In this document: one piece after another, positions 22,329 through 33,932 of the stretch | Layout: the number at the start of each line of letters is the position of its first letter | Numbering within the stretch: position 1 is the first letter of the stretch | Origin: Octopus vulgaris | Taxonomy: Eukaryota | NCBI GenBank assembly: GCA_951406725.2 | Contig: OX597822.1 | Span: forward strand, 70,556,001-70,620,000 | DNA: 64,000 bases | Direction of reading: 5' to 3' | Notes under the pieces: model-generated | Databases searched by the model: none | What the model was told of the DNA's origin: nothing | What the model saw: only the letters and a program-made list of their open reading frames with translations | Position numbers and translations under genes: made by a program

Positions 22329-22785
22329 TAGGTGTGTATGTGTGTGTGTATTTATTTATGTATGTGTAACACATGATGATAGCTGCATTGATCAGTAATC
22401 TTGTTGCAAAGGGCACTTGTTTGAGCTAATCGCTGTTGCATATTAGAACTTTACCCCTACCCAGCTCTCTTGTCTGTGCCACTCCATTTGACTGGATTAT
22501 CATAAACAACGAAACTGTTTTCAATACCCTCCTCTCCTTCACTCAGTGTTGCTGCTACAGCTACTCTCCCTTTCTGCTGGAATCCAAGCAGCTTCCTCTC
22601 CTCTCACACCCCTGCTCTCTATTTCTCTTTCCCTCTCTCCCTCCTCCATTCTCTATCTCTCCCCACTCCTCCGCTCACTTGTGCTTGTTGCACAACTTGT
22701 GTTGTGTCGCAGTTTCCATCCCCACCTGGTTCTGTTTCTCATTTTTGCTAACTCACACTAAAGCACAACACTATCAACAACGACC

Positions 22786-22863
22786 ATGGTGATAGATGAA
22801 GAAGACGAGGATGTATTTTACTATTACAAAATTGTGGGAAATTACTACTATTGTATGCTGGAG
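22786..22863 (+). CDS. Candidate first coding exon, MVIDEEDEDVFYYYKIVGNYYYCMLE, of an unidentified multi-exon gene
   Basis: Strong start context GACCATGG, 26 open codons and a consensus donor GAG|GTAAGT (phase 0). It follows ~350 bp of CT-rich 5'UTR-like sequence inside the SINE-free zone. Confidence 0.5.
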
Positions 22864-23409
22864 GTAAGTACAACTTTAAGTGTCCAACTCCCCACTTTTA
22901 GTTTGCTTCAGTTTTTTCTTTCACTTTCTCTCTCTCTCTCTCTCTCTCATATACATACACACACACTCACACACACATCTTGTGCATCTTTTAATATCTC
23001 CACTGAAATGTCTGGTTCCTTATTTACATTCATCATAAAAAGAAAAATAGAAAGAGAGAAAATAGACAACAGACAGAGTGAGGCTAGTTTTTCCAGCCAG
23101 GTGTTGCTGTTGATAGTGAAAGTAAACTTACACTAGTTATTCGTTTGTTACAAAAGCGGGGTTTTTTGGTATTTTTTTGTATTTTTTTTTTTTGCATTTG
23201 ACATCTACTTCCTAATTATTATTGTTGTTGCTGTTATAGCTATTATTTCTATATTTTTGAAGAAGGAACATATCAATGAATGAAAGAGGTGATGATGATG
23301 ATGCTGAAAGTTGTGCTGGGGGAGGGACTGTTACAGTAATCACAACAGGTTAAAATCGTCTGCTAGCTTCATTTTCAGTGGATTGTATTGCTTAACTTTA
23401 CACATATCT

Positions 23410-23458
23410 CTCTATGTATGTATGTATGTATGTATATATGTATATCTCTGTCTCTCTG

Positions 23459-23493
<35 letters not shown>

Positions 23494-23766
23494 GTATATA
23501 TATCTCTATGTATGTATATATGTATATATATCTCTATGTATGTATGTGTATATATATGTATGTATGTATGTATGTATATCTCTATGTGTATGTATGTATA
23601 TCTCTATGTATGTGTATGTATGTATGTATGTATATCTCTATGTATGTATGTATGTGTATGTATGTTTATATATATCTCTATGTATGTACGTGTTTGTATG
23701 TATGTAGGTATATATATATATATATGTGTGTATGTAGGTATATATATATATATATATATATCTAGG

Positions 23767-23801
<35 letters not shown>

Positions 23802-23810
23802 GCATACATG
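23410..23810. repeat. Compound microsatellite with recurring TATATCTCTATGTATG unit
   Basis: About 7 TATCTCTATG-like anchors separated by (TATG)n/(TA)n. Confidence 0.9.
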
Positions 23811-24834
23811 CATGCACACATACATGCAGTGTGTACACATACTTTCATAGATGCATATATATGCAATATCTGCATCCAAAACACATATGAATCAACATGC
23901 ACGCTGCTGTTCCCTCTTTATTTTGCTTCTTACAATTTCCTTTATGGAAAGAAAAGGGCTGACTAACAGAGACCCACCCCGCTCCTCCACTTTCGCTCCA
24001 TACCGTCACACCATCAATGAGCATGTGTATTAATTTTCTTTGGCAGGGGGGAAGCGGGGTTTTTCTGTGTAATATTAAGAATCTTTAATGTGCTTATTCC
24101 TCATTAGATGCAACGAAGGTATGCTTGTGTTATTGATATTAAAATAATGTTGATATTAAATTGATGTTAAGCCAGGGTAGGCAGTGTCTGTGGAAAGTCT
24201 TGTGTGGAGGAGAAATACGCGTATATTCTGAATTGTTCTCGCTCTTCTCGTCTTAAGCCCTTGGTCTTTCGATTTTATGAAAACATTTTATAGTTTCCAC
24301 AGGAATTTTGTTTTCCTTTGAAGTGGCGATTCTATTTCATTCAGTCACTCATTCATTCACTCATTCATTCTTCCTTTCCTTCTTCTGTCTTCCCCTCTTT
24401 TTCTTTATCATCATCATCATCGTCATCGTCATCATCATGCACTGTGTGTTATAACCGAAGGGTTTTCTTAATCAGATCCATTTCCCTGTCTCTGTCTCTC
24501 TCTCTGTCCGCCTGTCTGTCAGCTCTCTGTTTAGCTGTTCCTGTTATTTGTTGCATCTTACTGTTGCACTGCTGTTTCTCTCTTTCTCTCCAACATACAC
24601 AACTAAATGCACTTACTCTGCAACTTCTTAGTCATCCGTTAAGAGCCACCACGCTGCCTTTGATCACCCACAATAAATAATCCCATTAAGTTACTTTCCA
24701 TTGTTGTTATTTATAACGACCAACATCTCCATCACCAGCATCATTTTCATCACCAAGGTGATATAACCAACCTCCCCCACCAAGAAAAAAAAACCCCCAG
24801 AAAAAAGCCCCCAAATTCCCATCAATAACGACAG

Positions 24835-24867
<33 letters not shown>

Positions 24868-25415
24868 CATTTAGGGTTGTTAGGTGAACAATTACTGCCA
24901 TGTGTCTTGTTAGGAAAATCAGCTGAATGTATCTCTATGACACCCCTAGGTTAAACTTTCTACTTTCTCTTTAGTTAACTATGAACTGTGGTATGAAAGG
25001 AAAGTGAGTTAGTGAGAGTATGTGTGTGTGTGCACGCACGCACATGCTAACTAAATGCCTAAAACAAGTCAAACTTGGTAGTTTTTCACTCAACTTTGTA
25101 GAACCTGACAACGTATCATGCATACACATACGTATGTGTATATGTCATGTATTGTTTGTGTGTGTGTGTGTGTGTAATATGTATGTATGTGTGTATGTTA
25201 TATGTATATTTATATATATATATATATATATATCCATACATAGGTATAAATCCATATATTTAACGTATAGTATATATTGCAGGTGTGTATATGTATATAT
25301 ACTTATATGTTCATATGTCTCTCTCCACACACACACACACAATTCTATAACAAGAAAGAATAGCATTGACTGATTTTGAAGTTTTGGCCTGCTAAGCTTT
25401 TGTAACATATAAACA

Positions 25416-25455
<40 letters not shown>

Positions 25456-25619
25456 CACACATGTGTGTGTATATATAATATGTATTTGTGCTTGCCTGCA
25501 CATATGAGTATACATCTTATGTACATGCATATATATTCATATATATATGTGTGTGTGTGTATATATATGTATATATATATGTGTGTATGTATATAGTTTT
25601 CTACTAGTGATTCACAAAC

Positions 25620-25905
25620 TAGAGAGTCATGTAGAGCATCTCTGGGTATCAATCTTGTAGGGGCATGTGAAAAAATGGCCAAGGCTGAGGGCAAAGAGTC
25701 TATACTAAGCAAAGAGTAAGGAAAATTGTGCACAGTTGAAGTAGAGCTGTACTGGGTTTGATGAGGTGTTTGTATGTATAAGAGAGGGCTAGAAGAATTT
25801 GGACATGTCTTGGTTAGCACCATTGGAAGGAGTGACACTGTCACAAGTGTTGAAACCTCTAAGCAACAGCTGATGAAGGGGGTGGAATGTCCCAAAGTGT
25901 AATTT
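25620..25905 (-). pseudogene. Highly decayed CR1-like LINE RT C-terminal fragment
   Basis: Minus-strand frames give YKHLIKP and PYSLLSIDSL...HAPTRLIP, resembling YKtLvRP.LEY...PY...DI..LE.VQrrATrLIP of CR1-type RTs. GC-richer island between microsatellites. Confidence 0.4.
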
Positions 25906-28863
25906 GTATGTGAACTATTTTTGCTATATATAACAGTTGTATATGCATGTGTGTGTGTGTGTGTATGTATATGTGTTTATGTATACATATGTGTGTGTCT
26001 GTACCCATAATCATACATATATTTGTTTGTGATGCATGTATGTGTGTTGTGTGTGTATGTATGCATGACTGTGTTTGTAGGTTTTACTATAGGTGTTTAT
26101 GTAGGTACATTGATATATATATGAATGTGTATTTGTATAGATGTATATTTATATGTACAAAAATACACAGGCAGATATACCTCTTTACGCAGATATATCG
26201 ATTGGTATATCTATCTGTATATCTTTATTGATATTTATGCCCCACCATACCTACATATGCACACACACACACCTCTATAAATACAGCTGTACCTTTTGTG
26301 ATAAGAATACAACTTTAGCCTCACTGTGAAAAGTAAACAAAGTGGATAGAGAAAGTGTGAGTGACCAGAATAGTTTCAAGTCTTATTAAACCTTCATCAG
26401 AGAAAGAATCCCCGTTGTTTACCCATGGGTAGATTTGCTAACTTAAAGTACCTACAATGTTTGCAATCTCGGATATAGTTAAACTGGTTCATCTAACTTG
26501 CATCAGACTGCATGCAATGGGAATATAGTTAATTAATTAATGATGTACTAGTCAGCATTTTTTATCTTCTGGTAATTCAAAATATAAAAACAAAAACTCA
26601 GTTTATAGCCTTAATGGGAAAAATTAAGCGAACATGATACGTGTTAGGTTTTTATTTCTCTGTGGCCGGAGCATGTTGAATTGATCTCACTAGTTTTTAG
26701 TCTTGTTAGACTTGCACATCTCTCTCCCTCTCTCCGTGCTACTTTTTCTGTGCACACACACGTATGTGTGTGTGTGATTGAATACATAATTATATACATG
26801 TAATGCACCTATCAGTATATCAAGTTTCGAATGATATATATAGATGTGTGTATGTATAAGAACATATACATGTATACACCAAAGAGCATTATGATAAATC
26901 ACTTCATGCATTTTTTAAAACCGTGTTGAAATTAATCTGAAACTTTGAAGTAAATTTCGTTTTTTTTTGCCTCTGTAATCTCCTTAGCTGAGATTATGAA
27001 TTATCTAATACTTTCATTAAAGTGACTTACGGTTATGAAAAAAAGAAAGGCAGTAACCAAAATGACTGAAATACTTAAATCGGTATTAGATGATTAGGAT
27101 GATGATAGCAATGTTTTTTCACACTGTTTATTTATTACTGCTAAATGTAATCTAATGAAGGTAGTTAATTCTATACTCATATGCGTTCTTATTTAATAAT
27201 GTATAATCAGAGTTGGATAAAATTGTTAAGTAGATATTTGGTATATTGGTAATTTTTTTCTCCCTTTCTCTACAAGTGATAATTCAAGGATTTATTTATA
27301 TATTTCTGACACATTGTAAAGTATTAATAGTGGAGAATATTAAAAACAAATGGAAACTAAAAAGAAAATAATCGAAATCCTGCTAACATTATAGATAGTT
27401 ATTGTTGTTATTATTATTATTATTATTATTATTGTTCAGGACACACGGTGAAAGAGTTGAAAATACATTCTCTCAGTTTGGCTCTTCGAAACACTTTCAT
27501 CCTCTCTTCTTTCGTTCCACTCAATAGATACACGTGTTCCTCTGAAGAAAAATAAACCATTTCACACTATCTGCTCTAACTGTAATGTTTATTATGAAGC
27601 TATCTTTGCTCGTTAACTGTTCATTGTTGTTCGATTTACAACTAGATAGCTTCACTTTGAATCATTAATGACAGTTCTAAATGTTTTCCTTTGTAAAAAG
27701 GAGAATGTATTCTCTTTTCACAGGGGTAACATATTCTTTAATCTTGCTTGTAGTGGGTCTATTGTTAGGTGCTGTTCTTTCTTCATTAAGTGAGGTGCAT
27801 AATAGTTGATGTGTAAGACAGCATTTTATATACAGAATATCAATGAAAAGTCTCTAGGTATTATTTCTTTTTACCTATACTGTTGAAAAGGAATAAATGT
27901 GTATTATGTGTATATTACTGTATTATGGTTGTGACAGCAACACCAGAAAGAAATGCATCATTCCCTTTTCAATATCAATCCTTAATTAATTCCAGTAGAA
28001 TTCGTTGCGGTGGTGGTGGTGGGCTTTGAAATCCTTTGGGTATTAACTGGATTATGCAAGAATACAATATGAATATTACATAACTTTTTGAAAATTATTC
28101 TTCATAGTTGAAAGTACAGAAATTTTTTTTTCTCTTAGAAAGAATCTTTTGTTACACAGAATATCCTAGCATGATCTAATGATGATTCATTAGTAGTAAT
28201 TAAGCAGTAATTAAATCTGAAGTTCGGTCATCAGATGGTCTGAGCACACACTTATAAACATTAATCTACTGATATTTCTTTTGCTTAGTGAAAACTTGGC
28301 ACCTTTTCAGAGAGGCTGGTACCATCTCACATTCTCTTTCTTCAGTTCAGTCTAGTTGGTTTTTTTTTTTATTTTGTTAATTTTGTTTTCATCTATTTTG
28401 AAAATTTGGATCCTTTCGAGAGTTTTATTTTATTTTATTTTTCAACTTTTACATTTGTAAATGTTTGAATCTTGTGAGAGAAAAAGGTTTTTTTTTATTT
28501 TTAAATTTTGAATTCTTGGCGGTTCTTTCGCTTGTGGCTCTTAGGTATCTTCTTTATATGAATACCAATAATGCATTGGGATCCAATCAACTGAGGAAAA
28601 GAAACCGAAGAACTATTCCATTCTTCCATACCCAGAAAACAGAGCATGCTTGTGTGTACATGTGTATATTTGCACTAGTTTACGGCGTAAACATTATCTA
28701 TTTTAAGCACTAGTCTAAGTGTATAAAAATATATGTATATACGTAAAATATATGTACAGGGAATAGATAAGTAGGCATTGTTTTGTAAACTTTAGAATTT
28801 CCAAAGTACAAATACGTATGTATGTGTAGTGATGGTGATAATGATGATGATGATGATGATGAT

Positions 28864-29073
28864 AATTCTTTCTACTATTAGTCTCAGGGCCTGAAATTTT
28901 GTGGCAAGGGAGCCAGTCAATGACATTGACCTCAATGTTCAATAGGTACCCATTTTATCGACCCCTGAAAGGCAAAGTTGACTTAAGGCAGAATTTGTAC
29001 CTGGAGTTTAAAGGTAGATGAAATGCCGTTAAGCATTTTGTCTCTCATGCTTATGACGCTGCCAGCTCACCAC
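28864..29073 (-). mobile_element. SINE family B
   Basis: Collinear with family B; embedded between (GAT)n and (CAT)n tracts. Confidence 0.85.
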
Positions 29074-29480
29074 ATCATCATCATCATCATCATCATCATT
29101 TAACGTCCGTTTCTCATGCTGGCATGTTTAAAAAGTAATGTTTTTCTCCTTTGGTGGTTGTTTAATAAGCTGTTAACTCTGAATGATATTCTCTCTGACA
29201 AGAATAGGATGACATCTTGATTGCATGAAGTTACTATATACCCCGCCCCCTTACCTTTTAACTTTTACCAGTCAGTTATTGTAAAATCTGATAAAGGACA
29301 CATAAAGTGCATGCATGCACACACACATACACACATTTCCTTTCATTTCATTTGTAACTTTTTATAATATGTGTGGAATACAAAAATACAACTCCCCGCA
29401 CAGTATACATATGTGCGTACATGTAAAAATGCTTGTGTGCGTATTATACACAAGCCAAGTGTACATGTGAATATATATTA

Positions 29481-29713
29481 GGCGGCGAGCTGGCAGAAAC
29501 GTTAGCACGTCGGGCGAAATGCGTAGCCGTATTTCGTCTGCCGTTAAGTGTTCTGGGTTCAAATTCCGCCGAGGTCGACTTTGCCTTTCATCCTTTCGGG
29601 GTCGATAAATTAAGTACCAGTTACGCACTGGGGTCGATGTAATCGACTTAATCCCTTTGTCTGTCCTTGTTTGTCCCCTCTATGTTTAGCCCCTTGTGGG
29701 TAGTAAAGAAATA
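29481..29713 (+). mobile_element. SINE family B, intact and probably young
   Basis: CpG-rich head GGCGGCGAGCTGGCAGAAACG, B box GGTTCAAATTCC, central GCCTTTCATCCTTTCGGGGTCGATAAATTAAGTACCAG (resembles the Meta/Sauria-type SINE central domain, from memory), tail ...CCCCTTGTGGGTAGTAAAGAAATA. Confidence 0.93.
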
Positions 29714-29880
29714 TATATACATGTGTGTATGTATGTTAGATGCATTTACAAAGTCTGTGTGTGTGAGTGCATGCACTGATAATACTGATTTGGTTAGGAC
29801 TTCAACTGGTTTTTAACAGTTTAATCAACATATTGTTTGTGTGTGCCTGTGTCTCTCAGCCCATCTTTATGGGTTGGACA

Positions 29881-30260
29881 CAGGGCCGGATTAAGACCCT
29901 TAGAGGCCCTAAGCACTAAAAAGATTTTGGTGCCCCCCTATATATAAATAATTCAAAATGTAACCACAAAATGAAGTTTTAGCTTTCAAAATGAAACAGT
30001 AAGATGGAAAACAATGCTTATTTTTGTATACTTCTCCTTTTAAATAGCAAAGTCTTTGATCAGATCCTCAAAATTTATCTTATGTAACGCTGTAACACAT
30101 CTGCTTCTAAACTTTGTAGAGATAAGGCATCCCAAATATTATTTTAGCAAGTTTAAAGTGATTTCTTTTGTGCTGTAAACCAGTTACTATTTTTGTGATG
30201 CCTACACCCCCACCCCCTGTCGTTTTATGCTTATTTTGCTTAATGGTTAGACCAGTGCTA
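29881..30260. mobile_element. hAT-type MITE with 8-bp TSD
   Basis: Left terminus CAGGGCCGGATTAA and degenerate right terminus TTAGACCAGTGCTA. Flanks GTTGGACA (29873-29880) and GTTAGACA (30261-30268) match at 7/8. Confidence 0.7.
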
Positions 30261-30347
30261 GTTAGACAGGCCATCACATCTCAACAATGACATTTAAGTT
30301 TGCTCCTATCACGGACTTCTTAATAGAGTGCAAACACACATACACTC

Positions 30348-30374
<27 letters not shown>

Positions 30375-30378
<4 letters not shown>

Positions 30379-30535
30379 ACCTGCTTTTCTCAGTATCCAG
30401 TTGCCAAATTTACTCACAAAGCCTGGTTGGGCTGGGGCCCAACTGTACAAGATAATTGTCCAGTATGTCAAGTAATAGAACTCTAAACCCAGTGCCAATG
30501 AAGCTAACTTATTAACTCCACACCCATACTGTACC
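30375..30535 (-). mobile_element. SINE family A, old 5' part
   Basis: CAGTATCCAGTTGCCAAATTTACTCACAAAGCCTGGTT is collinear with family A. Confidence 0.55.
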
Positions 30536-30804
30536 TGTGTGTGTGTGTGCGCGTGTGTGTGTATGTATATATATATGCTATCAAATCTTTCTTTCAAAAT
30601 ATACGGGCTGCAACTGAGAAGTGCTCAGAATATCCAAGACGAATGATAATTAAAAAAGTAAATTCAGGAACAAAGTGTAGGCCAATCAACAAATGTTTAA
30701 TCTTTTATTGTAATGTAGTTATTTGCTGTTTGAACTATCTAATTTTTTTTTTTATATTTGATGACTTAGATGTGTTCTTTTTGCATAATCCATATATGTT
30801 CCAA

Positions 30805-31020
30805 GGTGGCAAGCTGGCAGAAACGTTAGCATGCCTGGCAAAATGCTTAGCAGTACTTCATCTGTCTTTACATTCTGAGTTCAAATTCTGCCATGGCTGG
30901 CTTTGCCTCTCATCCTTTCGGGGTCAATAAATTAAGTATCAGCTGCATACTGGGGTCAATCTAATCAACTGGCTCCCTCCCCCACAAATTTCGGGCCTTG
31001 TGCTTAGAGTAGAAAAGAAT
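30805..31020 (+). mobile_element. SINE family B, full length
   Basis: GGTGGCAAGCTGGCAGAAACGTTAGC...GAGTTCAAATTC...GGGCCTTGTGCTTAGAGTAGAAAAGAAT. Confidence 0.9.
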
Positions 31021-31636
31021 AATCCATATGTTTTACTTTATTTACATCTTGAATATTTTTACGTTGTGTGTTAATCTATATTTTTTAAATATATTTATAT
31101 GTGGTACTTTTATATATACAGATCTTTTGATCCTTTTTAAAATGTATAGATGTATGTGTATTTTTAAAAATATGTTTAAAATTTTGCATCTGGGAATTTG
31201 CTGGTCAGCCTACACTTTGTTTCTGAAGTTACCTCTTTATTTATTTATTTATTTATTTATTTATATATTATATATATGTATATGTCCTTGCCACATGGAA
31301 CCATTGATAGCATTGTTAGTCCACAAATGAAGAAATACGCACCAAATGGCTGTTGAGTACTCACTCTGACTGCTCAGTACTATTGTGTGTGTGTGTGTAA
31401 TATTGAGAGGATGTCTATGTCTGTATGTAACTTCATAAGAACTTAAAACAGTTAGTGAAAACATGGTATAAGGTACCAAATCATATTCTCTTAGATGTAT
31501 TTGTGTAATATATATATATCATCATCATCATATATATAAAATGTACACATATACATGCATGTATTAATATTAGTGTCTATGTGTATGGTGCATTTTTTTT
31601 ATGGTATGTATACACATATGTATGTATATGTGTGTG

Positions 31637-31840
31637 TCATCATTTTAATGTTCACTTTTTTAACTTGCATGGGTGGGAGGCATTTTATTAGGCAGATTGC
31701 CTATGGCCAGGTGACCTTCTAGTTGCTAACCTTCACCTGGGTCCAAGCAGGGTAAAAAGGTAATATTTCCCCATGACCAGAATATTAGAAATGAACGACT
31801 CAGTTTGTATGGCAGTGACACCCTTTTAACATGCCTCACA
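31637..31840 (-). mobile_element. Diverged family C-related retroposon
   Basis: CATCATTTTAATGTTCACTTT...CCTTCTAGTTGCTAACCTT...GTAATATTTCCCCATG; similar to 39345-39600. Confidence 0.55.
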
Positions 31841-32110
31841 TTAGAAGCAGAATTTATCATTGCTTCTAAGGACTTACTTTCTATTTGAAAGAAATTATCA
31901 ATGATGCTGGATTCAATGAGTATTTTATGTTTAATCATATAAATATATATATATACACACACAATTTATACATTTATAGCGGACATATTCATATGTATTT
32001 GTGTAAATAGATATATATATATATACATGTATATGTGTGTGTTTGTGTATATGTGTGTGTGTGTTTGTTATATTATACATATTATGTATGTTACATGTAT
32101 AACATATAAT

Positions 32111-32426
32111 AGGTGCTGGAGTGGCTGTGTGGTAAGTAGCTTGCTTACCAACCACATGGTCCCGGGTTCAGACCCACTGCGTGGCACCTTGGGCAAGTGT
32201 CATCTACTATAGCTTTGGGCTGAGCAAAGCCTTGTGAGTGGATTTAGTAAATGGAAACTGAAAGATGCCTGTCATATATACATACATACATATGTGTGTG
32301 TGTGTGTGTGTCTCTCTGTGTCTGTGTTTGTTCCCCCACCATCGCCTGACAACAGATGTTGGTGTGTTTACGTTTCCATAACTTAGCAGTTCGGCAAAAA
32401 GACTGATAGAGTAAATACTAGGCTTA
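32111..32426 (+). mobile_element. SINE family A, 3'-truncated
   Basis: GGAGTGGCTGTGTGGTAAGTAGCTTGCTTACCAACCACATGGTCCCGGGTTCAG... Confidence 0.92.
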
Positions 32427-32688
32427 TATATAAATAGATATACACTACTAATGTAGTGTATATGTATTTATGGGTACATGTGTGTGTAATGAGTACATGT
32501 TATTAGTTATTCTATTATGGCTTCATGCCCTTCCTGTTGCTAATCCTCATCTGTTTTTTCAAGTAAAGTGTTTTTCCACTACACTTGAAAAGGGCATAGG
32601 TGTTGATCAATTTCACTTTTACAGGGAGTGTCAAAAAATATTCCCACTTGTAGCTAAGTGTCTTTACTTGTATACTCTAGAATGCGAT

Positions 32689-32727
<39 letters not shown>

Positions 32728-33020
32728 TGTCTGTGTATTTTTGTGTAGCTAAATATAATTTTATTCATTGGGAAAAGTGGTCCTCTACATATGAAGCAAA
32801 ATATATCTAATTTTATATTTAGCAGGGCTCATTTGAAAAGTACAGAATTTTGACCATTTGTTTTATATGATACAGTAGCCTTTTGAGTATCTCCTGAAGC
32901 AATGTCTAGTAACAAAGGAATATGTTTATGTACACATTGTGTGTCCTGTGTCTGCCCATAACTTCTTAGTGACTTAAAACTATTAGTGAAAGGAGGATAT
33001 TCATAACAAAAGTTGCAAAG

Positions 33021-33222
33021 ATCATCATCATCATCATCATCATCATTTAGCGTCCATTATCCATGCTGGCATAGATTGAAAGGTTCAACCAGGGTTGGCA
33101 AGCTGAGGGGCTACACCAGACTCCAGTCTGATTTGGCATGGTTTCTACAGCTGGATACCCTTCCTGATGCCGTATGCTCTTCCTAACACCAGGATGCCCT
33201 TCCTGACACCAGGGTGCCCTTA
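33021..33222 (-). mobile_element. Family C retroposon ending in a ~20-bp tandem repeat
   Basis: (CAT)n tail plus family C body; GGATGCCCTTCCTRAYRCCA repeated about 3.5 times at 33153-33222. Confidence 0.8.
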
Positions 33223-33886
33223 ACAAATTGTAACAAAATAAACAATAGAAATTCAGTCTAATATTTTAATTCTAAAGGGTCTTCTGAATCACATTGTGAG
33301 TGCACGTTTGTGCATATTCACATTTATTGTTATCTGTCATCATCATCATCATCATCATCAATGTGATCATCATGCTGACCAACACCATTTGCTTTTCATT
33401 CTGGTATGGTTGAGGCAGGCTGTCAAACTTCTTGTTTGGGAATCAGCAATTCTGAGACAGATCTAAACCATTTCTGTGTGGTTTCTGCTGCTGGATGCCC
33501 TTCATAATACCAAACTCAATTTTCAGAGTGTACTGGGTGTATTTCACTGTTGCACCAGCATTAGAGAGGTGCCTTGTCATCATAAATGATGAAACAACCT
33601 CCCTTAACTTTATGTTACTGCTGTTGCAATATAACCGTGGGTTTGAATATATGAGTTTGGCTGTGAATGTGTGTGTGTGTGTGGTAGATAGAGATATGTA
33701 CTTCTGTTTGTTTCTTTATGTCTCTTCCTGTCTGTTTCTCTCTCATAAATGAACAAATAAATACACTCTCAGCTAGCATAATATGTGCATACACACAAGT
33801 ACACTGCATATGTGTGTTTGAGTGTGTATGTATGTGTGTATATATATATGTGTGTGTATACACACACACACACATAGCCACTTATA

Positions 33887-33932
<46 letters not shown>

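Noticed and set aside
24178-24195. TAGGCAGTGTCTG, resembling the miR-34 seed region
   Set aside because: Only the seed matches and there is no complementary arm nearby.
25870-25900. CTGATGA-AGGGGG...TCCC-AAAG hammerhead-like string
   Set aside because: The GAAA box is incomplete, there is no stem I, and it lies on the antisense strand of a probable CR1-like remnant.
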